64,000 nucleotides of DNA from Flavitalea sp. (GCA_036742645.1 DAINQQ010000001.1:4760-68759), one strand, 5' to 3'; shown: positions 17,222-26,879, counted from the stretch's first letter. Translations and numbers: made by a program. Notes: generated by a model from the sequence alone, not told the origin.

Positions 17222-18373
17222 TTATGTCAGCTTCTGAAGTTTTTCGACCGCCTGCTTCAGTGTCTCATCTTTCTTTGCGAAACAAAAGCGAATTACTTTA
17301 TTATCCGTACCCGCCTGGTAAAAAGCAGAGATGGGAATTGCTGCTACGCCAATTTCTTCTGTCATCCTGATGCAAAGATCTTTATCAGCTTCGTCACTAA
17401 TTCGATCATATTTATAGCATTGGAAATAGCTTCCATAACTCGGCAGCGGGGTAAATTTTGTTTGTTTCATCAACTCCTGGAAATAGTCGCGCTTGTTTTG
17501 CATAAAGTTGCTAAGACCGAGATACGAATCTTTGTTACCAAGAAATGTGGCAAGGCCAACTTGCGCTGGCGTGTTGCAGCTAAAGCAATTAAATTGATGC
17601 ACTTTCCTGAACTCCTTCATTAGTGGCGCCGATGAAATGCAATAACCGAGTTTCCAACCTGTACAATGGTATACTTTGCCAAAAGAGAAACAAACAAAGC
17701 TCCTGTTGAGCAGATCAGGATAACGTAAAATGGATTGGTGGGAAATGTTATCGAAGATCAGGTGTTCGTATACTTCGTCGGAAATGATGACGATGTTTGT
17801 TTCCTCAACAATTGATCTCAACTGCCCGATATCCTCCTCGCGAAGTACTGATCCTGTAGGATTATGGGGCGAATTGATCATTATGGCCCTGGTGCGCGGA
17901 TTAATCTTGGCGCGAACTATCTCCCAATCAATTTTATATTCAGGGAATTTCAGATCAATCAACACGGGCACAGCTCCATTGACCTCAACATTTGGAATAT
18001 AACTATCATAAGCAGGTTCAAAAATAATTACCTCGTCACCCGGTTGCAGAAACGTTGTTAGCGCTGTATAGATTGCATATGTCCCTCCCGGTGTGATCGT
18101 AATATCTGTCTCTGGATTGATCTTTGATTGATACAAAAATTCAATTTTACCGGAGATTGATTCCCGCAAGGGCTTCCAACCCGCCATGGGGGCATATTGA
18201 TTGTAGCCGCTTTCCATTGCCTGGTTGACCAATGTTGTTAATTCCTTGCTCATCGGATAATCCGGGAAGCCCTGTCCTAAATTGATCGCTTTGTTCTCTG
18301 TTGCCAAAGCGCTCATTACGGTGAAGATACTTATGTCCGTATCCGGCAACTTCGACTTGATTGTTGGATTCAT
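17222..18373 (-). CDS. PLP-dependent aminotransferase (methionine aminotransferase/YbdL-like, class I/II)
   Basis: 383-aa ORF with NLGQGFPD, INSPHNPTG and a SFGK PLP-lysine motif. Confidence 0.88.
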   Translation of the reverse strand: MNPTIKSKLPDTDISIFTVMSALATENKAINLGQGFPDYPMSKELTTLVNQAMESGYNQYAPMAGWKPLRESISGKIEFLYQSKINPETDITITPGGTYAIYTALTTFLQPGDEVIIFEPAYDSYIPNVEVNGAVPVLIDLKFPEYKIDWEIVRAKINPRTRAIMINSPHNPTGSVLREEDIGQLRSIVEETNIVIISDEVYEHLIFDNISHQSILRYPDLLNRSFVCFSFGKVYHCTGWKLGYCISSAPLMKEFRKVHQFNCFSCNTPAQVGLATFLGNKDSYLGLSNFMQNKRDYFQELMKQTKFTPLPSYGSYFQCYKYDRISDEADKDLCIRMTEEIGVAAIPISAFYQAGTDNKVIRFCFAKKDETLKQAVEKLQKLT

Positions 18374-18458
18374 AATGCGAGTATGCCATAAAAATAACTG
18401 GAATTATACAATTCCGGATGAGCGGGATTCTTGTATTCAATTCATCAAATCCTGATTC

Positions 18459-19262
18459 TTATCCTTTGCATAGTATTTCATCAATTTCGCGAGGCAACAC
18501 GTGTGGCCAATATGAAGCATACTCCTCGATGGTTTCAGCAACGCGGCATTTTGTGATGCCCGGGTAAATTTTGTTCAGGGCCTCGGTTAAAACAACATAA
18601 GGACGATGCCCTGTTATGATCATTGATGATTGCTGGGGTCTTCTGATTATAAGGGTCGGAAAGCGATTGATTTCATGATAACGTACCTGCTGCATGTCCT
18701 GTTTAAAAGCATCAAGGCCTCTGTCGTGATGCAAATCCTCTTCGAATATTTTTAGATCAAACAAAGGAAGTTCTTTTTTAAGTTCCCGTGCCACTTCGAT
18801 CAGCACTTCCTGCCTCGCAACGTTATTTCCTTTTATCATTACTTCCTCCCGTAGTAACCGCAAACATCTATCTCCGGCGTGGAAAGATTGTAAGCCGGCG
18901 CACTTTACGGCTATACATGCCGGATATGATGAGGCAGGCGGATCTTTCATCCAGATATTATGTTGTATCGGCATTCCAGATAGCTGCGCTGCATGCATCC
19001 ACACCGGCCCCATTTGTATAGGTCTGCTCACCGAATTAACAGGGTCATGAAAGTTCTTCCATCCCGGGAGCAATCCACCCATGCAGTACCTGTAGCTGAT
19101 CTTATCCCCGTATTCAAACAACAGTTTGCGCCACTGCGGTTCAAAGGCCCAGCTCCAGCAGCAAAGCGGATCAGTGTAGTACGTAATGTCCACACCGTCC
19201 GCTTTTGTATCTCTGTATGGTTGATTATTTTCTGTTCCGGGCTGGCTTTGACCTGGTGCCAT
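18459..19262 (-). CDS. DsbA-family thioredoxin-fold protein
   Basis: 267-aa ORF with TYYTDPLCCWSWAFEP at the position of the DsbA/FrnE active site. Its ATG at 19262 overlaps the catalase 3' end by 38 nt. Confidence 0.7.
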   Translation of the reverse strand: MAPGQSQPGTENNQPYRDTKADGVDITYYTDPLCCWSWAFEPQWRKLLFEYGDKISYRYCMGGLLPGWKNFHDPVNSVSRPIQMGPVWMHAAQLSGMPIQHNIWMKDPPASSYPACIAVKCAGLQSFHAGDRCLRLLREEVMIKGNNVARQEVLIEVARELKKELPLFDLKIFEEDLHHDRGLDAFKQDMQQVRYHEINRFPTLIIRRPQQSSMIITGHRPYVVLTEALNKIYPGITKCRVAETIEEYASYWPHVLPREIDEILCKG

Positions 19263-20262
19263 CTGATGTTTTTTGCTTCAAATTAGTAGCACTGTCCGTG
19301 CCATCCGCGTCATAGTCCGTCGGTTTATTCCATTGCTGCGGGCCCATTGGAGATGCGCTGTTTATTTCGGAGCTTCTAAGTTTGCTTAGCTCTTCGTTCA
19401 TTTCCTGAACCATTTCCTCTGTTCTGCCCGTACCCTGTGGTTGCTGGTCGAGTAACTGGTTCGTTTCCATTACATGCCTGATCGGATCCTCAATAAACTG
19501 GAAAGTCTCCCCAAGTCTTGTACTCTGTCCTTCGTTCCAGGGTCCACGATAGTCATTTCCACTAGACATATTAAAATACAAATTGCTATACCTCGGATCG
19601 CTTTGTAGAATACCTGGAGGGAAATTGGGTTGGATGGATTCTAGGGCAGCTTCAAACATCTGAAAGTGCGCAACCTCCCTCGTCATTAAAAATCTCAGGG
19701 TTTCTTTTACATGGGGATCATCTGTAAACTGCAGCAGGTATTCGTACACGAGCTTAGCTCTCGTCTCAGCCCCAACATTTGACCTGAGATCTGAAGTAAG
19801 GTCGCCTTGGACATCTCCGTTTATATAAGCGGCTGTCCAGGGCACACCCTGACTGTTTGTATAAGCCGGACCTCCTGCTGTACCGACAAACAACTGGGGA
19901 GCCGTCATCCCCTGATGGATCACTTCTTCTTTAGCCGCTTTTCCATTTAGCAATTTCATGATCTCTGACTTCTCTGCAGCATTTTTCAGATCGCCATTTA
20001 TCCCCGTTAGTAACATTTGAATGGTGGCTCCTACTATTTCGAGGTGACTGAATTCTTCAGTAGCAATGTCCATTAGCAGATCGTATTTATCCGGATAAGG
20101 ATTTTTTGCACCGAAGGCTTGCCCGAAATATCGTAAAGCAGCAGCAAGCTCGCCATTAGCACCGCCGAATTGCTCAAGCAATAAGGTAGCAAACGCAGGG
20201 TCAGGTTTTGACACCCTTGCGTTGAATTGCAATTCTTTCACATGGTAAAACATAGAAAACAT
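19225..20262 (-). CDS. Manganese catalase
   Basis: 345-aa ORF with the Mn-catalase N-terminus (FYHVKELQF.....PDP.FA..LLEQFGG..GEL.AALRYF) and the EE.HLE metal ligand region. Confidence 0.92.
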   Translation of the reverse strand: MFSMFYHVKELQFNARVSKPDPAFATLLLEQFGGANGELAAALRYFGQAFGAKNPYPDKYDLLMDIATEEFSHLEIVGATIQMLLTGINGDLKNAAEKSEIMKLLNGKAAKEEVIHQGMTAPQLFVGTAGGPAYTNSQGVPWTAAYINGDVQGDLTSDLRSNVGAETRAKLVYEYLLQFTDDPHVKETLRFLMTREVAHFQMFEAALESIQPNFPPGILQSDPRYSNLYFNMSSGNDYRGPWNEGQSTRLGETFQFIEDPIRHVMETNQLLDQQPQGTGRTEEMVQEMNEELSKLRSSEINSASPMGPQQWNKPTDYDADGTDSATNLKQKTSDGTRSKPARNRK

Positions 20263-20275
20263 TTATGGGTGATGA

Positions 20276-20300
20276 ATGATTTACCATCCGGTAAAATCAT
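20276..20300. promoter_or_regulatory. Near-perfect palindrome 14 nt upstream of the Mn-catalase start codon
   Basis: The sequence is ATGATTTACC (20276-20285) - atcc - GGTAAAATCAT (20290-20300). It shares the core ATGATTTACC / GGTAAA(A)TCAT with the 25-bp inverted repeat at 28465-28550. Confidence 0.45.
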
Positions 20301-20535
20301 GCCACTCGCGAATCGCCAAATTCTGGGAATTATATTGTGCAGGAGGGAACCCGATGTAAGAAAAAATACACAGTTAAATTGCGTTTAGACATCAGGCTGG
20401 GCAATAGGTAGTGAAATACTTTTCCTTGTTAGCCGCATGACTGTGCACGCACAAAATTCGCAAAACAATACAACAGAAAAAACAAGGACACTAAGGAGTG
20501 ATAAACGGAATCCGCCGATAAATGTGAAAAGAAGT

Positions 20536-20922
20536 TTATTCAACAACGGCTGTGGCCTCTATTTCCACCAGGAATGCCGGATCAATCAATGCGCTTACTT
20601 CTATCATTGATGTGCAGGGCTTGATTTCTTTAAAAAATTCTCCGTGAGCTTTTCCATACTCTTCCCACTTTGAGATATCTGTCACGAACATACGAGTTCG
20701 GATAACATCCTTCAAAGAGGCGCCTGCTCTTTGTAAGACCTTCTCTATTTTTCTTATAACGAACCTGGTTTGTTCATAGGGATCGTCATTCCCTGCAACT
20801 TCTCCATCATCATTGACCGCCACAGTTCCGGTAACCTCAATCACGTTTCCTACACGCACGGCGCGACTATAACCCACGATGTCTTCCCACTTTGCTCCGG
20901 ATGAGTAATTAGTTCTGGCCAT
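20536..20922 (-). CDS. RidA/YjgF family protein
   Basis: 128-aa ORF with an YjgF-like pattern (GYSRAVRVGN.I.V.GT ... R.FV.D...) and a C-terminal IEATAV. Confidence 0.8.
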   Translation of the reverse strand: MARTNYSSGAKWEDIVGYSRAVRVGNVIEVTGTVAVNDDGEVAGNDDPYEQTRFVIRKIEKVLQRAGASLKDVIRTRMFVTDISKWEEYGKAHGEFFKEIKPCTSMIEVSALIDPAFLVEIEATAVVE

Positions 20923-20972
20923 AATTTATTTTTATTATCAGGCATTAAAAGAATCCGTCAGACCACGAGGCA

Positions 20973-21686
20973 TCATTTTATTTCAACATTTTCAGGCTCT
21001 ATGAGCGGTTCGCGGTTTAATCGTAGGTAAACCTGAGCTACAGTCATCACATCTTTCTGGCAGTAATGGACAATTCTCGCAGTATCATGTTCATTCCAAT
21101 AAATCTTTCCAACCATGCTTCCATCGATATCATCTTTAGGAGTTGGAATGCCAAGTGAGTGCGCCAAAAGGTTGAGCGAAGTATAACTTTTAAAATCCCC
21201 GAATTTCCAAAGCTCCATGGTGTCAAGGTGATTTACTTCCCACGGTTTTTTTCCACTGATCACCAACAAGCCAGGCACACAAACGTCATTGATAACCATC
21301 CGCCGGCACAGATATGGAAAGTCAAATTCTTTACCGTTGTGTGCACATAAGTATTTATTTCCATCGGCAGACCACCTCGTTAGCATATCGCAGAACGAGC
21401 TCAGTATCTCCTTCTCATCATCACCCGCAAAAGATTTCAGTAATAATTTTTTGTGGCCCCCATTTATTTGCAAAACCCCACAGCTTATACAGACAATCTT
21501 CCCGAATTCCGCATAAATGCCTGCCCTTTCATAGACGCTTTCAACTGTTTGGTTCTCTTTATTTCTTAATAATCCTTCGGCCTTTTTCGACCAGAGCTCC
21601 TTCCAGTCTTCCGGCAACCCCTCAAACCCCGCATACTGCGATACGGTCTCGATATCAAGAAATAATATATTCTGAAGAGGAACCAT
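20973..21686 (-). CDS. RNase H-like / PolB-type 3'-5' exonuclease domain protein
   Basis: Exo I motif FLDIETV, later NGKEFDFPYL, and a C-terminal YCQKDV. I place the start at ATG 21686 (MVPLQNILFLDIET). The track's longer start at 21731 reads through a tandem repeat. Confidence 0.72.
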   Translation of the reverse strand: MVPLQNILFLDIETVSQYAGFEGLPEDWKELWSKKAEGLLRNKENQTVESVYERAGIYAEFGKIVCISCGVLQINGGHKKLLLKSFAGDDEKEILSSFCDMLTRWSADGNKYLCAHNGKEFDFPYLCRRMVINDVCVPGLLVISGKKPWEVNHLDTMELWKFGDFKSYTSLNLLAHSLGIPTPKDDIDGSMVGKIYWNEHDTARIVHYCQKDVMTVAQVYLRLNREPLIEPENVEIK

Positions 21687-21690
21687 TTTA

Positions 21691-21722
21691 ATTTGAAAAT
21701 TTGAAAATTTGAAAATTTGAAA
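21691..21722. repeat. Four perfect tandem copies of ATTTGAAA
   Basis: Read directly from the sequence. The array sits 5 nt upstream of the exonuclease start codon. Confidence 0.9.
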
Positions 21723-21836
21723 ATGAATCAACCTGAGTCAGGCGTTGATTATGTATCAAATTATTTAATGTGTATTCCTTCTGCATCCCTGATTTCAATT
21801 TAGTTTAAAGATCGTATTCTCTCTCCTTTTTTAAAA

Positions 21837-21927
21837 TCTTCAAATTTTCAAACTTTTCAAATTCGCTTAGAGGTACCGGCCTGCCTTATTGTCTTCCCAC
21901 GCTTTTCAAATCTTCAAATTTTCAAAT
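21837..21927. repeat. Two reverse-orientation copies of the same repeat family (TCTTCAAATTTTCAAA...TTCAAATTCGCT)
   Basis: Copies lie at 21837-21867 and 21903-21930, each followed by TTCGCT-N16-CCTTATTG. The second copy runs into the stop codon of the guanylyltransferase gene. Confidence 0.75.
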
Positions 21928-21931
21928 TCGC

Positions 21932-23062
21932 TCACAAGTATCGATCTCCCTTATTGCGTTTTATCTCCGTTACAAAATCCTTTATCTCCTGCTCTTTATC
22001 TTTTTTACAGATCATCAACACATCGTTTGTATCTACTACAATAAATTCTTCCAGGCCCTGTAGCACTACCAGTTTTTCATCCGGTGTATGCACCATGCAA
22101 TTTTTTGCATCTAGCACCATCACGTTTTTTCCCGCAAGCGCATTTCCAAATTGGTCCCTATCCAGATTTTCGTAAGCGCTATTCCAGGTACCCAAATCGC
22201 TCCAGCCGAAAGAGGAAGGGATCACATATACATTATGCGCTTTTTCCATGATCCCAAAATCAATAGAGATGCTCGTACATAAGGGGTATATCGCCTGCAA
22301 TGCAGATTGCTCTTCAGGTGTATTGAACTTTTCTTTTTCAGATGCAAATACATCATACATCTCGGGCAGAAACTTCTCAAAAGCCGTGATGATATTTTTT
22401 ACCTGCCACACAAATATGCCCGCATTCCACAGAAAATCACCACTCGCCAAAAACGTCTTAGCCAACTCGAGGTTTGGCTTTTCTGTAAAGGTTTTCACCT
22501 TGTACACATTATCCGTGACTGGGTGCTGTTCATATTGAATATAACCGTAACCAGTATTCGGGAATGCAGGCTTGATGCCGAGTGTAATAAAAGCGCTGTG
22601 TTTGTTCACAAAACTTAAGGCTTCCCAACATACTTTCTTGAAAGCAACGGTATCCATTACCATATGGTCTGCAGGCGCAACAATAAGCGATGCATGCGGA
22701 TCGAGTTGTTGCAATTTAAAAGAAATGTATGCGATACAAGGTGCAGTATTCTTGCGCGAAGGTTCCCCGAGAATATTCTGCAATGGAAGTTGTGGAAGTT
22801 GCTTCTTAACAATATTCACATACTCATTGGAAGTGACTACATATATATTTTCAGCCGGGATGAACCCGCAAAATCGTTCATAGGTAGCCTGAATCAGCGT
22901 TTTGCCGATATTCAATATATCGAGGAACTGCTTTGGAAAATTGCTTCTGCTCATGGGCCAGAAACGGCTCCCAATGCCGCCCGCCATAATAACTACGTAA
23001 TGATGTTGAGAAAGACTGCTGCCGCTTGCCGGATTCAAAGTTGACTTAATCTTGGTGCTCAT
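21932..23062 (-). CDS. Mannose-1-phosphate guanylyltransferase
   Basis: 376-aa ORF with the nucleotidyltransferase motif VIMAGGIGSRFWP.SR...PKQFL and a length typical of the ManC N-terminal type. Confidence 0.85.
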   Translation of the reverse strand: MSTKIKSTLNPASGSSLSQHHYVVIMAGGIGSRFWPMSRSNFPKQFLDILNIGKTLIQATYERFCGFIPAENIYVVTSNEYVNIVKKQLPQLPLQNILGEPSRKNTAPCIAYISFKLQQLDPHASLIVAPADHMVMDTVAFKKVCWEALSFVNKHSAFITLGIKPAFPNTGYGYIQYEQHPVTDNVYKVKTFTEKPNLELAKTFLASGDFLWNAGIFVWQVKNIITAFEKFLPEMYDVFASEKEKFNTPEEQSALQAIYPLCTSISIDFGIMEKAHNVYVIPSSFGWSDLGTWNSAYENLDRDQFGNALAGKNVMVLDAKNCMVHTPDEKLVVLQGLEEFIVVDTNDVLMICKKDKEQEIKDFVTEIKRNKGDRYL

Positions 23063-23083
23063 GTTACTGTAACGTTTGATGGA

Positions 23084-24058
23084 TCAGATCAGGCCCTCCC
23101 TGACCAAATCGTGTAAATGTAAAATTCCAAGGTATTCTTCACCCTTTTTGACAAGCAATTGCGTTATGTCTTTTTTTCGCATTAGATCTAATGCATCAAC
23201 GGCCAGCTGATCTGAATTTATGAATTTTGGACTTCTCGTCATAATATCGGCTGCAGTCGCCGAATCGAGAGGCAGGTTTTTTTCAAGCATTCGCCGAAGG
23301 TCGCCATCGGTTATTATTCCTACGCAACGTCCTTCAGAATCAAGGACAGCGGTAACACCCAACCTTTTTGCAGAGATCTCCACAATCACTTCTCTGAGCG
23401 AGGCCGCTTCCCTCACGCTGGGTTTTTCATTATGAACATAGAGATCCGACACGCGGAGATACAACTTCTTTCCAAGAATTCCGCCCGGGTGAAACTTCGC
23501 GAAATCTTCACTGCCAAAACCTTTCAATTCCATCAATGTCACCGCGAGCGCATCACCCATAACCAGTTGCGCGGTCGTACTGCTTGTTGGAGCCAGGTTA
23601 TTCGGACAGGCCTCCTGTGAAACGGTCGTGTTTAACACAATATCCGATTGGATAGCGAGGTAAGAAGAAGTATTCCCGACCATTCCGATTAACGTGTTGC
23701 CGAAGTGTTTCAGAAGAGGTAACAATACTTTTATCTCAGGTGATTCCCCGCTTTTACTGATGATCATGATAACGTCATCCTGCTGAACCATTCCAAGGTC
23801 GCCATGTATAGCATCTGCAGCATGTAGGAAGATGGCCGGTGTCCCTGTTGAATTCAGGGTAGCCACAATCTTTTGAGCGATGATTGCGCTTTTCCCTATT
23901 CCACTGATAACCAGTCGGCCCTTTGCGTTGGAGATGGACAGAATCGCTTTTTCAAACTCCTCGCCAATCATTTTCTCCAAACCTGCTATCGCCTCAGCCT
24001 CAAGCCGGATCGTACGAAGGGCGATTGATTTAATGTCGGTAACAGGTATCGCAGTCAT
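23084..24058 (-). CDS. kpsF: KpsF/GutQ family arabinose-5-phosphate isomerase (SIS + 2 CBS)
   Basis: SIS motif GRLVISGIGKSAIIAQKI and a C-terminal CBS pair. I place the start at ATG 24058 (MTAIPVTDIK...). The track ORF extends to 24187. Confidence 0.87.
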   Translation of the reverse strand: MTAIPVTDIKSIALRTIRLEAEAIAGLEKMIGEEFEKAILSISNAKGRLVISGIGKSAIIAQKIVATLNSTGTPAIFLHAADAIHGDLGMVQQDDVIMIISKSGESPEIKVLLPLLKHFGNTLIGMVGNTSSYLAIQSDIVLNTTVSQEACPNNLAPTSSTTAQLVMGDALAVTLMELKGFGSEDFAKFHPGGILGKKLYLRVSDLYVHNEKPSVREAASLREVIVEISAKRLGVTAVLDSEGRCVGIITDGDLRRMLEKNLPLDSATAADIMTRSPKFINSDQLAVDALDLMRKKDITQLLVKKGEEYLGILHLHDLVREGLI

Positions 24059-24425
24059 ATTAAAGCGCAAACCTACAGAAAATGTTTGCATAAAAATGCG
24101 TGTTTGTCTCAACATGACCGACGCAAAAAAGGTTTCGAAAATGAGGACATAACGGATAAACGGTGGCTGAATCAGCGGATTATGCACATTTAACCCAACG
24201 TTGGCAATGAAAATCCTCGCGGCGCTTCAGATAAGACTTAAATGAAGTAAATTCGCGATTGTTCATTTTTTCTTCTGCTATTATGGCTCCAACCAAGAAA
24301 GTTATGAACCATCTAACGCTTGTACACGCTGTTTAACCTGCCAGATTTGGTCGAAGCAATGAGGAACGGCGGCCATATAATATTGATTTTTGACTAACTT
24401 TCTGCGAAGAAGGAAATTATTAAGA

Positions 24426-26717
24426 ATGCCAACACCAAAAACAAGTACTACAAAATCCCGGGCTACAAAAAATATAGCCTCTGGTATTAAAAGCAGGATT
24501 ACAGCAGTCAGCAATTCCGCAAAAGATTCAGGTTTACACAAAGCACTTCTCGAGAATTTCGGGTTCGATACTTTCAAAGGAAACCAGGAAGCGATTATTA
24601 AAAGCCTGCTGAGCGGCAGAGACACTTTTGTAATTAAACCAACCGGCGGTGGAAAAAGCCTTTGTTATCAATTGCCCGCGATCATCAGCAAGGGAGTCGC
24701 AATTATAGTGAGCCCGCTCATTGCTTTGATGAAGAACCAGGTTGACCTTGTCCGCAGTTACAGCAGTAGTGACGATATCGCTCATTTTTTAAATTCAACG
24801 CTCACAAAAAAGCAGATTACTGTTGTAAAGAATGACCTGCAATCTGGTAAGACTAAAATGCTCTATGTAGCACCGGAAACCCTCACTAAACAGGAAAATC
24901 TTGAATTTTTTAGCGACCTGGAAATTTCCTTTTTCGCGGTTGACGAAGCCCATTGTATCTCCGAATGGGGACACGACTTCAGGCCCGAATACAGAAGATT
25001 GCGGGAGATGATGATCCAGATAAATCCGGACATTCCGGTTATTGCGTTAACCGCTACGGCCACACCGAAGGTTCAAAGTGATATTATTAAAAATCTTGGG
25101 TTGCGGAATGCGAATATTTTCATTTCATCTTTTAATCGCCCGAACCTTTACTACGAGATCCAACCGAAGGTCAATATAGACCAGACCATCAAGAATATCG
25201 TCCGCTTTATTACCCAGATGAAAAATAAAACCGGCATCATTTATACCCTGAACAGGAAAACAACGGAGGAGTTGGCCGATATCCTGGTTGCTAATGGAAT
25301 CAAGGCGATCGCATACCATGCAGGCCTCGATGGAAAATTGCGTGCTGAACGTCAGGACCTGTTCATGAACGAGGACGTGCACGTGATTGTAGCCACGATC
25401 GCTTTCGGTATGGGGATCGACAAACCAGATATCAGGTTTGTTATTCACTATAACATTCCCAAGAGCATCGAAAATTATTACCAGGAAACTGGTCGCGCCG
25501 GACGTGATGGCCTGGAAGGAAAATGTATTTTGTATTATTCGCACAAAGATGTTTCGAAGCTCGAGCATTTGATGCGCGACAAACCCTTAAGTGAACGGGA
25601 GGTCGGTGCACAGCTGATTAGCGAAACAGTTGCCTTCTCTGAGAGTGGAGTTTGCCGCAGGAAGATCCTGATGAGTTACTTCGGTGAAGAATACACTGAT
25701 GAGAATTGCGGACAGTGTGATAATTGTCTTCATCCAAAAGAACAGCATGAGGCTAAAGAAAATGTTGTGAAAGTATTGAAAGTAATCAAGGCGCTCGATG
25801 AACGTTTTGCTTCTGATTATGTTGTCAACATTTTAATTGGACGTCTTACTCCCAACATTACGATGTTCCGGCATGAAGGCATCTCGGAATTTGGCATCGG
25901 TAATGACAGTCCTGACCATTACTGGAATACACTCATTCGTCAGATGTTGTTGGATGGATTGTTGAGTAAGGATATAGAAGATTACGGTGTATTGAAGATT
26001 ACAAGGAAGGGAGTCGATTTTGCCAAGAAGCCCAGGACTTTCAAAATTGTTTTGAATAACCTGTACGAAGAAGCGAATGCAGATGATGAGGAAGAGAGCG
26101 ATGCAGCCGCAGGCTCTTCTGCAACCGATGAAAAGCTGTTCGAAATGCTGAAGGAACTGCGTCAGAAGGAAGCAAAGAAAAAAGGCCTTCCGCCTTTCGT
26201 CATTTTCCTCGAAACATCGTTACAGGATATGGCTACTCTGTATCCTACCACATTGCAGGAACTTGAAAAATGCCAGGGAGTAAGTAAAGGAAAATCGATC
26301 CGGTATGGCAAGCCTTTTACTGAATTGATCGCAAGGTATGTCGAGGAGAATGATATCGTGAGGCCCGATGATTTTGTGATGAAGAGTGTCGTGAATAAAA
26401 GTGTCAACAAAGTATATATTATCCAACAGGTAGATAAGAAAATCCCGCTTGAAACCATCGCAAAGAATAAGGATATGCGGCTCGATGCGCTGCTTGAGGA
26501 CATGGAAACAATTGCCGCAAGCGGAACCAAGTTGAATTTGGATTATGCGATTGATGAAATGCTCGATGAATACGAGCAGGAGGATATTCTCGAGTACTTC
26601 AAGGGTTGTGAAACATCTTCGTTACAAATCGCGCAGGAGGAAATGTCCGATGCCAACTTCACGTGGGAGCAGTTAAAGATCATGCGGATTAAGTTCCTGA
26701 GCGTTTATGGGAATTAA
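24426..26717 (+). CDS. recQ: ATP-dependent DNA helicase RecQ
   Basis: Helicase motifs (PTGGGKSLCYQLPA, DEAHCISEWGHDFRPEY), a zinc-binding CGQCDNC, and a C-terminal HRDC region. The first ATG is at 24426; the track starts at TTG 24390. Confidence 0.93.
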   Translation: MPTPKTSTTKSRATKNIASGIKSRITAVSNSAKDSGLHKALLENFGFDTFKGNQEAIIKSLLSGRDTFVIKPTGGGKSLCYQLPAIISKGVAIIVSPLIALMKNQVDLVRSYSSSDDIAHFLNSTLTKKQITVVKNDLQSGKTKMLYVAPETLTKQENLEFFSDLEISFFAVDEAHCISEWGHDFRPEYRRLREMMIQINPDIPVIALTATATPKVQSDIIKNLGLRNANIFISSFNRPNLYYEIQPKVNIDQTIKNIVRFITQMKNKTGIIYTLNRKTTEELADILVANGIKAIAYHAGLDGKLRAERQDLFMNEDVHVIVATIAFGMGIDKPDIRFVIHYNIPKSIENYYQETGRAGRDGLEGKCILYYSHKDVSKLEHLMRDKPLSEREVGAQLISETVAFSESGVCRRKILMSYFGEEYTDENCGQCDNCLHPKEQHEAKENVVKVLKVIKALDERFASDYVVNILIGRLTPNITMFRHEGISEFGIGNDSPDHYWNTLIRQMLLDGLLSKDIEDYGVLKITRKGVDFAKKPRTFKIVLNNLYEEANADDEEESDAAAGSSATDEKLFEMLKELRQKEAKKKGLPPFVIFLETSLQDMATLYPTTLQELEKCQGVSKGKSIRYGKPFTELIARYVEENDIVRPDDFVMKSVVNKSVNKVYIIQQVDKKIPLETIAKNKDMRLDALLEDMETIAASGTKLNLDYAIDEMLDEYEQEDILEYFKGCETSSLQIAQEEMSDANFTWEQLKIMRIKFLSVYGN

Positions 26718-26801
26718 AACTGAAGCCCTTTTTCAGGATTTCATGCCATTCCTTTCGGATTTTTAACTGGATTCTCCTATTTTTGCTGCCCGATAAAGGA
26801 T

Positions 26802-26874
26802 GGTGCGGTAGCTCAGTCGGTAGAGCAAAGGACTGAAAATCCTTGTGTCGGCGGTTCGATCCCGCCCCACACCA
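26802..26874 (+). tRNA. tRNA-Phe (anticodon GAA)
   Basis: A manual cloverleaf fits: acceptor GGTGCGG / CCACACC with one C5:A68 mismatch, D-arm GCTC-AGTCGGTA-GAGC, anticodon arm AAGGA-CTGAAAA-TCCTT, and T-arm GGCGG-TTCGATC-CCGCC. No CCA is encoded. Confidence 0.88.
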
Positions 26875-26879
26875 CGGAA

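Noticed and set aside
21691-21722. The tandem ATTTGAAA array considered as a possible CRISPR array
   Set aside because: The unit is only 8 bp, with no spacers and no cas genes. It is a simple tandem repeat belonging to a dispersed family.
24059-24187. The N-terminal extension of kpsF (43 codons), and the TTG 24390 extension of recQ
   Set aside because: The extensions are hydrophobic or low-complexity and lack homology-like features. The internal ATGs give normal-length proteins.
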